A stretch of DNA of 64,000 bases from an uncultured virus (IMG/VR IMGVR_UViG_3300023109_000009) (taxonomy: Duplodnaviria; Heunggongvirae; Uroviricota; Caudoviricetes), in IMG/VR virus record IMGVR_UViG_3300023109_000009; one strand, 5' to 3'. The first letter of the stretch is position 1; each line of letters begins with the position of its first letter. Both the position numbers and the translations under genes were made by a program. Below the pieces are notes generated by a model. It searched no databases. It had not been told where the DNA came from and saw nothing but the letters and a program-made list of their open reading frames with translations. Of the stretch, positions 18,467 through 26,556 are shown in pieces.

Positions 18467-18737
18467 TTATTTCGTTCTCCATAAAACAATTACTAGTCTT
18501 AGGGTATTCATCACTGAGAAGTATACTTTCAGCCCATTCTAGTTCTTGTATGAGTCTATTGTACCATTGAGAATCATAGTCATCATTATTAGGATTGTCC
18601 CGCTCAATTTTCAACATTGAAATGCGCATCTTAAGATACTCTTTCTTTGCGTTAGCCTTTTTCGTCTTACGAATATCTCGCGCGAGCAGGGCAACCTTGG
18701 TAGAGTGTGGGTTTTCGAATTGCTGTTCAAGTTTCAT
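18459..18737 (-). CDS. Hypothetical protein
   Basis: 92-aa ORF, TAATG-coupled to gp51 and overlapping the next start. Confidence 0.6.
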   Translation of the reverse strand: MKLEQQFENPHSTKVALLARDIRKTKKANAKKEYLKMRISMLKIERDNPNNDDYDSQWYNRLIQELEWAESILLSDEYPKTSNCFMENEING

Positions 18738-18901
18738 TAATTGCCTTCCTTCTGCTTCTCAATGTAGTTAATTAACATTTGAAAATATAAATCCCTTTCG
18801 TAAGGGATCATCCCTTCAATATCCGATATCGAATATTTATGATGCTGTGCCAAGGCGAACACCATTTGATAAAAATCGCCAAGACTAATATGGCACAGCA
18901 T
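18737..18901 (-). CDS. gp51: Baseplate hub assembly catalyst gp51 (missing from the ORF track)
   Basis: Manual translation MLCHISLGDFYQMVFALAQHHKYSISDIEGMIPYERDLYFQMLINYIEKQKEGN; the QHHKYS..IE.MIP.ER..Y motif is typical of gp51. Confidence 0.88.
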   Translation of the reverse strand: MLCHISLGDFYQMVFALAQHHKYSISDIEGMIPYERDLYFQMLINYIEKQKEGN

Positions 18902-19602
18902 TAGGAAAAAAAACTGCGCATACCCTCCACAACGAATGTCTTATCATCACCGTTCTTATTCTTATATTTCATCTCGTGACGTAATTTGGGCATAGTCTCA
19001 AAAAATAATTGAACACCCTTAATTACTTCACCTGGCATTTCTTCCATAAACGCATCAATTTCTTCTTGTGTGTATTCACTAAAATCGTGAATCTCATCTT
19101 CCGAAGCAACCTTTTCCAAACAAGCAACCATGATATAATAATTTACAAGTGGATCCTTTGGATTTAATTTAATAATCTGTGCAAACTCATCAATGGTCGG
19201 ATACTTTAAAAACAAAACATATTCATCATTGACCCTTACCTCGTTCGAGTGACGATCATCCTTTGTCACCTTTACTGCTGTAATGTCAAGATCTAATACC
19301 ACCGTTTCTTCCGTATCAGGATCAGTGATTGTAAACGATACATTATTATCTACTGACCTAGATCGTAACTGTAAAAGCACATATTCCAAGTCGAACATTG
19401 CCAGAGTGGAAACATCACAATCAATCAGACAATTATTTACTATCTGTCTTGCTGCAAGTAATTCCTGTTCTGGATCTTCTGATTCTTGCGCAACCAGTAG
19501 AATCTTTTCTTCCTTAACCGTAAATGGTCTATATTTTATTTTCTTGCCAGTTGATGGCAACTCCATTTCAGAAATCGGTAAGTCGATTTTTGGCAAAGCC
19601 AT
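18901..19602 (-). CDS. gp26: Baseplate hub assembly protein gp26
   Basis: MALPK, LPSTGKKIKYRPFTVKEEKILL, FDLEYVLLQLRSRSV, FFETMPKL, EGMRSFF. Confidence 0.92.
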   Translation of the reverse strand: MALPKIDLPISEMELPSTGKKIKYRPFTVKEEKILLVAQESEDPEQELLAARQIVNNCLIDCDVSTLAMFDLEYVLLQLRSRSVDNNVSFTITDPDTEETVVLDLDITAVKVTKDDRHSNEVRVNDEYVLFLKYPTIDEFAQIIKLNPKDPLVNYYIMVACLEKVASEDEIHDFSEYTQEEIDAFMEEMPGEVIKGVQLFFETMPKLRHEMKYKNKNGDDKTFVVEGMRSFFS

Positions 19603-19619
19603 AATATACTCCTAATAAT

Positions 19620-20402
19620 TTAAATTCCTAGCGTATTGCTAATATTATCAAATGAATTTGTAACTCTTGTCACCCTGTTTACAGCATCTTGAATTGATGT
19701 TGGTTTTCCACCTCTAGTTGTCTGTCGCACGACATCTGCGAATCCCGCGACTGCACCGAGAATATCAAGTAGGCCAGTACCACGATTTAAACGAGATGTG
19801 GGCGATCCAGACTTTTCACCAGAGTATTCGATTCTCTTATAATTAAACGAGACTGGTAGCGTGAGATAGCTGTCGTTATTTTCCCACGATAGATCGAGGT
19901 CGCCGACAATGGTTGGGTAACACTTATCTAAGATCACCTCATAATATTTGTTTGAAAAGCTTTCTGTACTGTAATGTCTCACAGTCACACGACAAGCATA
20001 TTCATCACGATAACCTATTTCAAAAGGTAATTTATTATCGATCTGAGCAAATGGTCCACCTCTTGTACCATAATTCATCACGTTCTGTGCCCATCGATGA
20101 AAAAATGACAATACCTGGTGATCTGAATCACACATGAAAATGGTCTCAAGTGGTCTTGCTGAGATACCTGTTGGCATCGCTGTGGGCAACTGACCTACCT
20201 GAGTATTCTCTGCAGTATTGAAAATGATGCCGGGCACGTTTACGGTCTTACAGAAGAATGAAAATTCTCGGGTTCCAAAAGCGCTATTGGTACCTAAAGA
20301 ACCATCCTTATATGGTGTGACTGTAACTTCGAATAGGGAAGAACGAGCCGGGCCACCGAATCGATTCATTGCTGATTTGAATTGAGTAATGTCGAACGGC
20401 AT
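19620..20402 (-). CDS. gp54: Baseplate-tail tube initiator (gp54/tube-like)
   Basis: GGPARSSLFEV, FFCKTVNVPG, FFHRW, YRDEY, CYPTIVGDLDLSW, LPVSFNY; ATG 20402 preferred. Confidence 0.7.
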   Translation of the reverse strand: MPFDITQFKSAMNRFGGPARSSLFEVTVTPYKDGSLGTNSAFGTREFSFFCKTVNVPGIIFNTAENTQVGQLPTAMPTGISARPLETIFMCDSDHQVLSFFHRWAQNVMNYGTRGGPFAQIDNKLPFEIGYRDEYACRVTVRHYSTESFSNKYYEVILDKCYPTIVGDLDLSWENNDSYLTLPVSFNYKRIEYSGEKSGSPTSRLNRGTGLLDILGAVAGFADVVRQTTRGGKPTSIQDAVNRVTRVTNSFDNISNTLGI

Positions 20403-20404
20403 TT

Positions 20405-21019
20405 TTATCCCCTGATAATTTTTCTTGAGTCGGCATAGACTTTCTGTTTCGATGCCCCGACAAATTTGGCCATTGGTAAGAATAAGGCAATGTCCCATTC
20501 ACTGGGACTAATATAAGCGAACCTAGATCGCATTTGAGAATTTAAATAGTGTTTGATACAAGGTTTAAATTCTTTAAATTTTGATGCACTGTTTAATAAT
20601 TCGTATGATATTTGTAGTCTTGTTGTTTCATCATACTTTTTATTTGTAAGTGTTCCGTACAACGCATCCATTAACCTTGCACGAAGTATTGGTGGTAGAT
20701 AATGAACATTAATGCCCATAAAACCACCCTTTGCTTTATTTATTGGGAAAATGAGTGGGAATCTATCCCAGTAAGGTAGTTTGTCTTTATGCTTGGCATC
20801 ATATTCGAATAGGTACATATTGCCCATTCTTGGTGTACCAGTCATTGTGCTCTTTGATTGCTTAAGAACATTCTCACCAGTGACGCCACTCTTAGCACCA
20901 GACTTGGCCATAGCCTTTGCCTGATTTCGATACCACTCTCTTGCTTTGGCAGTACGAGCTGGTACATTACCTGCACGAATACCTTTTGCTAGAACCTGAT
21001 CAAAGATCTGTGCTGCCAA
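20405..21019 (-). CDS. gp2: DNA end protector protein
   Basis: GNMYLFEYDAKHKDKLPYWDRFPLIF, GINVHYLPP, CIKHYL, EWDIALFLP. Confidence 0.93.
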   Translation of the reverse strand: MAAQIFDQVLAKGIRAGNVPARTAKAREWYRNQAKAMAKSGAKSGVTGENVLKQSKSTMTGTPRMGNMYLFEYDAKHKDKLPYWDRFPLIFPINKAKGGFMGINVHYLPPILRARLMDALYGTLTNKKYDETTRLQISYELLNSASKFKEFKPCIKHYLNSQMRSRFAYISPSEWDIALFLPMAKFVGASKQKVYADSRKIIRG

Positions 21020-21020
21020 T

Positions 21021-21476
21021 TTATACCCCTAATTCTTTTTCCGTCATGATGATAAAGTCCCAGCCTCTATCAGCACAATAATTTCTTGCGGCCTTCCATT
21101 TTGCATCATTGATGCCCCATGTCTTAACCTCGTTTAAATATCGTCGTGATACTCTACCAGTTTTTGTTGCATTTTTCTTCCTTGGGTCTGGTGGAAGCGT
21201 TTGTTTATATGGCTTTATTTCAATCATTGTAGTTCCCTTAGAGCCATCTTTTCTTTTTGCATGAACAATCACATCTGGAAAGTATCTATGTATTCTACTA
21301 TCGATTGGTGACCTATAAGGTACGATTACTTCTTCAGATTGCCACCAAATTACATCTGGATTGACATCTACGTGCCTAAAAAACTTAAATTCCCACAAAG
21401 ATCTATAAATAATAGTGGTAGGATCTCCCTTGTATTTTTGTGGATTTTTAGGTCTAAATTTCCCACTATACGCCAT
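21021..21476 (-). CDS. gp4: Head completion nuclease (TnsA-like)
   Basis: MAYSGKFRPKNPQKYKGD, YRSLWE, WQSEE, HRYFPD, IEIKP, NDAKWKAA. Confidence 0.95.
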   Translation of the reverse strand: MAYSGKFRPKNPQKYKGDPTTIIYRSLWEFKFFRHVDVNPDVIWWQSEEVIVPYRSPIDSRIHRYFPDVIVHAKRKDGSKGTTMIEIKPYKQTLPPDPRKKNATKTGRVSRRYLNEVKTWGINDAKWKAARNYCADRGWDFIIMTEKELGV

Positions 21477-21498
21477 TGTGTCTCTCTTCGCATTTTCA

Positions 21499-21506
21499 TA
21501 TAAATA
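21499..21506 (+). promoter_or_regulatory. Late promoter for the rightward baseplate operon
   Basis: Exact TATAAATA in the divergent intergenic gap. Confidence 0.8.
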
Positions 21507-21525
21507 AACTGATAGGTAGCTATTG

Positions 21526-21533
21526 TATTTATT
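21526..21533 (-). promoter_or_regulatory. Late promoter variant for the leftward gp4-gp2 operon
   Basis: AATAAATA on the minus strand upstream of gp4. Confidence 0.55.
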
Positions 21534-21551
21534 CAAAACAGGTGGTTATAA

Positions 21552-22595
21552 ATGGCCAAATTTAATCGTCCTCAGTTAGCAGAGAGGCAGAAGAAAAAGA
21601 ACTCTCTGCTTTCTTTTCCGAGTACACCATATCCACACGGCGTTTTACTTTTATTCAAAGAATACGATTACGCACAGACTACCGGGTCTGGGTCTTATTC
21701 CACGCTCACAAGTGGCATTTACCAGAGTTTAAACCAATCATCTGGACCTGATGTCGTTAATAATCAATCAATTGAATTGCCTTTCCCTAAACAGTTATCA
21801 GATCAAAATGGTATTAAGGTGAATGGCTTTGAAAGAAGTTTTGCAGCAGAAAGGCTTTCATCATTTGCTGCTAGTGCGTTAGGTGGTACAATTGCTGGTG
21901 CTGGTAGTGCTGCTGCTGGTGCTGTTAAAGATGCGGTTGGTGCAGGTACGGGTGTACTCTCTAAATTAAAAAGTATTGGTGAAAATCTAAACTCCAATCC
22001 TGATAAAGTCAAAAAAGACTTAATGAATACGCTGAATATGAGTGGCCAAAATGTCTCTCAAATTCTCACATACCTCATGCAAAATTATTCAGGTGATATC
22101 GGTCGTGCAATGAGTGCAGCCGGTGGTGCAGCAGTCAACCCAAATGAGACACTTGCATTTGAGGGTGTTGACTTAAAAAGTTATACAATGCAATGGGAAC
22201 TATTCCCAGAAAACGAACAAGATTCTGAAGGCATTAAAAATATCATAACACTCATTCGACAGAATATTTTACCTTCGTATGGTAGTATTGATGGTCTGGG
22301 TGATGTGAATAGAGCTCTACTTAATTACCCATCGGTTGTTTTTATTGAGCTCCTTGGCGTTGATCCTTCACACTGGCAACGATTCAAGCCTTGTATGATT
22401 TCAAATGTAACAGTAGATTATGGTGCTGGTGGTCAGGTCAGTATTTTAAAGGGTGGTAAACCTGTGGCAGTCACACTCAGTATTACGTTTAATGAATTGA
22501 GTATTCACACGAAAGAAGATTACCCAGACGCAATACAAACCGAGCCACAGGCTGAACAAGAACCTTCGGGCGAGAACATAGAGAACACAGGATAA
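21552..22595 (+). CDS. gp48: Baseplate tail tube cap
   Basis: IELPFP, VNPNETLAFEGVDLKSY, LNYPS, FKPCMISNVTVDY, PVAVTLSITFNEL. Confidence 0.88.
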   Translation: MAKFNRPQLAERQKKKNSLLSFPSTPYPHGVLLLFKEYDYAQTTGSGSYSTLTSGIYQSLNQSSGPDVVNNQSIELPFPKQLSDQNGIKVNGFERSFAAERLSSFAASALGGTIAGAGSAAAGAVKDAVGAGTGVLSKLKSIGENLNSNPDKVKKDLMNTLNMSGQNVSQILTYLMQNYSGDIGRAMSAAGGAAVNPNETLAFEGVDLKSYTMQWELFPENEQDSEGIKNIITLIRQNILPSYGSIDGLGDVNRALLNYPSVVFIELLGVDPSHWQRFKPCMISNVTVDYGAGGQVSILKGGKPVAVTLSITFNELSIHTKEDYPDAIQTEPQAEQEPSGENIENTG

Positions 22596-22598
22596 GAC

Positions 22599-22976
22599 AT
22601 GACGAAATACTTTGCTCCATTTCCAACGATTAATTATCAAGGTAGATTGGTAAAAGATATTACGCGAAGAAATAATTTCATGCGAAGTATTTCTAATAAC
22701 CCGTATCTTTTCTTGCCCTATACCGTAAAGGAAGGTGAACGACCCGAAGATATTGCGTTGTTTTATTACGGTTCGACGGATTATATTTGGTTGGTCTATC
22801 TCGCTAATAACATTCTCGACCCATATCATGCTTGGCCGATGGATGAATTTACATTCAATAATTACATCATTGACAAATACCAAGAGCAATCAGGATTGAC
22901 TGGTGATGATGTTGTAGCTTGGGCACAGAGTGATAATGATGAAAATATCGTGTATTATGTAAGAGAGGTTAACTAA
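22599..22976 (+). CDS. gp53: Baseplate wedge gp53, N-terminal part
   Basis: YFAPFPTINY, YTVKEGERPEDIA..YYG...WLVYLANNI.DP...WP, IIDKY. Confidence 0.88.
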   Translation: MTKYFAPFPTINYQGRLVKDITRRNNFMRSISNNPYLFLPYTVKEGERPEDIALFYYGSTDYIWLVYLANNILDPYHAWPMDEFTFNNYIIDKYQEQSGLTGDDVVAWAQSDNDENIVYYVREVN

Positions 22977-23431
22977 TGCTTGGATATAAGCAACTCATAG
23001 AATCACTCAACAATCCATATCCTGCCACTCTCGAAAAGGACGGCAAACAGGGGTATCGTTCTACAGTGAAACTCGATGATGGTGGCCAATTGAATATAAA
23101 CATCGAAGGGGACGAACACATCGATGACTACGACCATATAGATTGGGAGATTAGTTTCGAACGTAATGGTGAACAATCTGTTACAGGTGAAGGTGATGCA
23201 TTGCGCATCATGGCGACTGTTATGAAAATACTTGCTGATTTCATTAAAATGGAAGACCCCAAGTATATGAATCTGTCCGCTGCCAAAGACAAGAAGTCAA
23301 AGAAGAAAGGTATGCAAGGACGTGAGAGATTATATGCTCGTCTCATCAAAAAGACGGTGGGTAAGAAATATAAAATAACCAGTGAAACGGGGCCGTCTGG
23401 TACGACCTGGAATCTCACGAGGAAAAAATAA
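22976..23431 (+). CDS. Hypothetical protein inserted between the gp53 halves
   Basis: 151-aa ORF, TAATG-coupled at both ends. Confidence 0.75.
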   Translation: MLGYKQLIESLNNPYPATLEKDGKQGYRSTVKLDDGGQLNINIEGDEHIDDYDHIDWEISFERNGEQSVTGEGDALRIMATVMKILADFIKMEDPKYMNLSAAKDKKSKKKGMQGRERLYARLIKKTVGKKYKITSETGPSGTTWNLTRKK

Positions 23432-23694
23432 TGGCTGTTGACGAAATTCTATTAGCTCCAGAATCTTTTCAGACGATATATCTGCGAAGAGAGGATAGAG
23501 TAATTCTGCGAACTGAACAAGGTCGGAAAATTATTATTAAACGAATTATTCCAGAAGAGTGGGAGCCGTATCGTATATACCAATATGAGCAAGATCTCAA
23601 CGATAATAAGAAAGAGATTTATTTGTTTGATAAGAATTTCACGGCGCAGCTTTCGAAAGAATACATTGACGCATTACGCAATAGTGGTGACTAG
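23431..23694 (+). CDS. gp53 C-terminal-like protein
   Basis: YQYEQDLNDNKKEIYLF...QLSKEY matches the gp53 C-terminal YEYExxxNExKRxI pattern. Confidence 0.65.
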   Translation: MAVDEILLAPESFQTIYLRREDRVILRTEQGRKIIIKRIIPEEWEPYRIYQYEQDLNDNKKEIYLFDKNFTAQLSKEYIDALRNSGD

Positions 23695-23697
23695 TAA

Positions 23698-25080
23698 ATG
23701 ACTACCGGAGATTTCAATCCATCAAAGGCTATGATCACTAAGGCTGAGGTCAGCAATTTCAAGCAGACCAAGAAAGAGAATATAGTAGCCCTCATTGGTG
23801 GATTCTCAATTAGCCAATCAATCACCTCTCCATCGTTTAGTATTGTTCTTCAGGTTGCCGACATGATTGGTTGGCTTGAAGGTGAACGAGACTTTGGTGA
23901 GGTTCGTGGTGAGGAAACCATTGAGTTAGAAATTGAGTGTAAGGATCTCGGTACCAAAATTTTCATTAAAGGTTATATTGTCCGCATCGATGGTGTACAG
24001 CCTCATAGTAATTATAGAGGTTTAATCTATAATCTTCATATAATATCAAAGACAAGCTTTGAGGCAGGAACAAAAAAGATCATACAAGCCTTTAAGAAAA
24101 GAACAGCCAGTGATGTCGCACAATCTATTTTTAATCAAAGTTATGGTAAGATTAATAAATCGGGTCCTATGTTGTATTCGGGCATACCCAATTTTAAAGA
24201 CGTGAAAGGAACCCTTGGTGCTGGAAAGACGGTTTATTTTGAACATTCAGCAGATACATTAAGTCTTGCTACGGTCATTCCAAACCTCACACCGGCTGCG
24301 GCATTGAATTTTATTGCACAAAGAGCTTACAGTGAAGAAAGTAAATCATCGGCATTTAGATTCTTTGAAACACTCACAGGATATTACTGGGTGACAGATG
24401 AATGGTTAATTAAATTTGCACAGGCAAATAAAAACCTTGACAGACCAGGAATCAGTAGAGAAAAACAATTGGTATTTAATCCAGTGACTGGAAGAGAGCC
24501 CAAAGACGCCAATGCGCAAATCATGCAAATTGAAGCCATGTCGAACGATACCCGAGTGGATGATTCGGCAGATGTCTTTAATGGTGGCTATAAGAACAGA
24601 GGATTTATAATTGATCTACTTCGAGGTAAGGTAGTAGACAAGACGTTTGAATATAAGCAGAATGAGTTCACTGATATGGGCTCTGGCTCAATTACTGATG
24701 ATATACACAGTAAAGAGTGGATCGAAAAATATACCAATAAAGATAATGCAATGCGTTTTATGATCTATAAAGATTATAAAGAAAAGTTCCCCGGCGTAAA
24801 TAAACCAAATCAATATCATACCGAAATCGTTTCACAAAATCTAAAGCATAATCATCATTTAAATTATGTCTCGGTATCTGCCCAGTTAAAAGGTAGGTTA
24901 GATATAGAACCGGGTATGATTGTAAATATAAAGGCTGCAAGATTTAGTGCGGTGGCAGATAAGACAGTCGATAACGAAAGACTCTCTGGTAATTATCTAG
25001 TCCACTCAACTGAACACGTAATGACAAATAATGTTTTAGAAACAAAATTAAAACTAGTTAGATATATGAGTAGACAATGA
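23698..25080 (+). CDS. Baseplate hub protein (gp27-like)
   Basis: Directly upstream of gp5; VIPNLTP..A, FRFFETLTGY, LSGNYLVHSTEH. Confidence 0.7.
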   Translation: MTTGDFNPSKAMITKAEVSNFKQTKKENIVALIGGFSISQSITSPSFSIVLQVADMIGWLEGERDFGEVRGEETIELEIECKDLGTKIFIKGYIVRIDGVQPHSNYRGLIYNLHIISKTSFEAGTKKIIQAFKKRTASDVAQSIFNQSYGKINKSGPMLYSGIPNFKDVKGTLGAGKTVYFEHSADTLSLATVIPNLTPAAALNFIAQRAYSEESKSSAFRFFETLTGYYWVTDEWLIKFAQANKNLDRPGISREKQLVFNPVTGREPKDANAQIMQIEAMSNDTRVDDSADVFNGGYKNRGFIIDLLRGKVVDKTFEYKQNEFTDMGSGSITDDIHSKEWIEKYTNKDNAMRFMIYKDYKEKFPGVNKPNQYHTEIVSQNLKHNHHLNYVSVSAQLKGRLDIEPGMIVNIKAARFSAVADKTVDNERLSGNYLVHSTEHVMTNNVLETKLKLVRYMSRQ

Positions 25081-25087
25081 GGGAAAT

Positions 25088-26554
25088 ATGTCATTTGAAT
25101 TAGGCGTAGGAATACGAGAACCACTTTTCTTTCTGGGTATCATTGAAGATAATGATGACCCTACATTAATGGGCAGAGTAAAGGTTCGCGCGTTTAGTAT
25201 TCATGGTACAAAGGCTCAGGTTGATACTGAAGATTTGCCTTGGGCTATGGTTGCTCATGGTAACTATGATCCAAATAACTTTTTGCCTGCGATTAATTCA
25301 TACGTCTATGGCATGTTTCTTGACGGTAGAGCAGCACAGGTACCAGTAGTTCTGGGGTTATTACCAACACAATTTATTGAACCGGTTGACGATACTGTCA
25401 TGGGTGCGATACCAAAACGTGATGGTAAACTTCTTGCGAAAGGACATTCACCACGTGATGCTGGACAGGCACAAATGTCTCGTTTGGCAAGAGGTGAGAA
25501 CATCGAAGAAACTGGTGTTGCATCACAAGAAGTGAATCGAATTGAAGGCTTTAAGATTGGTGGCACAGACAAGAATTGGAGTGAACCACAAACAGCATAT
25601 GCTACAAAATACCCACACAATCGTGTCATTGAGACTGTACACCATTCAATAGAGCTTGATGACTCACCCGGTGGCGAGAGAATTACAATTCGTCACAAAG
25701 AAGGATCATATATTCAAATAGATTCAATGGGTAATGTTTCTGAAAAATCGAAAGGTGCAAGACACGAAGTCACCACGAAAAACAAATATGAAGGGACTGC
25801 AGCTAATCACATAGTAACGATTGGTGGCGATGCTCATGTTTACGTGAAAGGTAACAAGACAGAAGAGATTGAAGGGAACTACAACCTTCTGGTACACGGC
25901 AATGCGCAATTTGGTGTGGGTGGACAGATGAACCTTAACGGTGGCGATCAGATTCAAATGAGAGCTGCAGACGTAAAGATTCAGGCAAATGTCGGTACCA
26001 TGGCAATTCTTGCTGAAAAAGAATTACAAGTTCAAGGTAAACAGAGGGTAAATGTGAAAGGTAATAATATATACTTTCATGCAAACCTAAATCCTCTCAG
26101 TCCACTGAGTGGCAAATTTGAGGTGTTTGCCGACACAAGTACGACATTCTTTTCGGGCTATAATATTCATATGAGATCATCGAATATGTTTATTGACTGT
26201 AATGGTTTGATTCCTGCACTTAATGGTACTGGTTTTAATGTAAGGTCCTTAACTGGTCTCTTTATGGAGTCTACTGCTGGTCCAGCACATATTAAATCAA
26301 ATCTTCAAATGTCTCTGCAAGGGCTTGCAAATGTCAGCATTAAAGGTACCTCTGTGTTTATCGATGATTTGATTTCGATGGCTATGGGTCTAGCCATTCC
26401 TGCTGTATCACCGGGTGTACCATCATTTGCATTACCAACAATTAATGCAGCTGAATGTCAAATGCCAGAACCGCCTTCACGATCATCTGCACTCTCTTAT
26501 ATTAAATTTGAAAATACCCAGTCTACTGGTGGGTATGTTACGGCTGAGGAATAA
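25088..26554 (+). CDS. gp5: Baseplate spike gp5 (OB fold plus beta-helix, no lysozyme domain)
   Basis: FLGIIEDNDDP.LMGRVKVR, LPWA, GMFLDG, YPHNRV, ELDDSPGGERI, VxG repeats. Confidence 0.9.
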   Translation: MSFELGVGIREPLFFLGIIEDNDDPTLMGRVKVRAFSIHGTKAQVDTEDLPWAMVAHGNYDPNNFLPAINSYVYGMFLDGRAAQVPVVLGLLPTQFIEPVDDTVMGAIPKRDGKLLAKGHSPRDAGQAQMSRLARGENIEETGVASQEVNRIEGFKIGGTDKNWSEPQTAYATKYPHNRVIETVHHSIELDDSPGGERITIRHKEGSYIQIDSMGNVSEKSKGARHEVTTKNKYEGTAANHIVTIGGDAHVYVKGNKTEEIEGNYNLLVHGNAQFGVGGQMNLNGGDQIQMRAADVKIQANVGTMAILAEKELQVQGKQRVNVKGNNIYFHANLNPLSPLSGKFEVFADTSTTFFSGYNIHMRSSNMFIDCNGLIPALNGTGFNVRSLTGLFMESTAGPAHIKSNLQMSLQGLANVSIKGTSVFIDDLISMAMGLAIPAVSPGVPSFALPTINAAECQMPEPPSRSSALSYIKFENTQSTGGYVTAEE

Positions 26555-26556
26555 AA

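Noticed and set aside
6270..21536. ORF-track starts at 6270, 11539, 13686, 14946, 20498 and 21536
   Set aside because: Downstream ATGs (6309, 11560, 13707, 14967, 20402, 21476) fit family N-termini, RBS or coupling better.
22976..23431. Group I intron or intein interrupting gp53
   Set aside because: No intron core or homing-endonuclease motif is seen, and all three ORFs have their own RBS and TAATG coupling.
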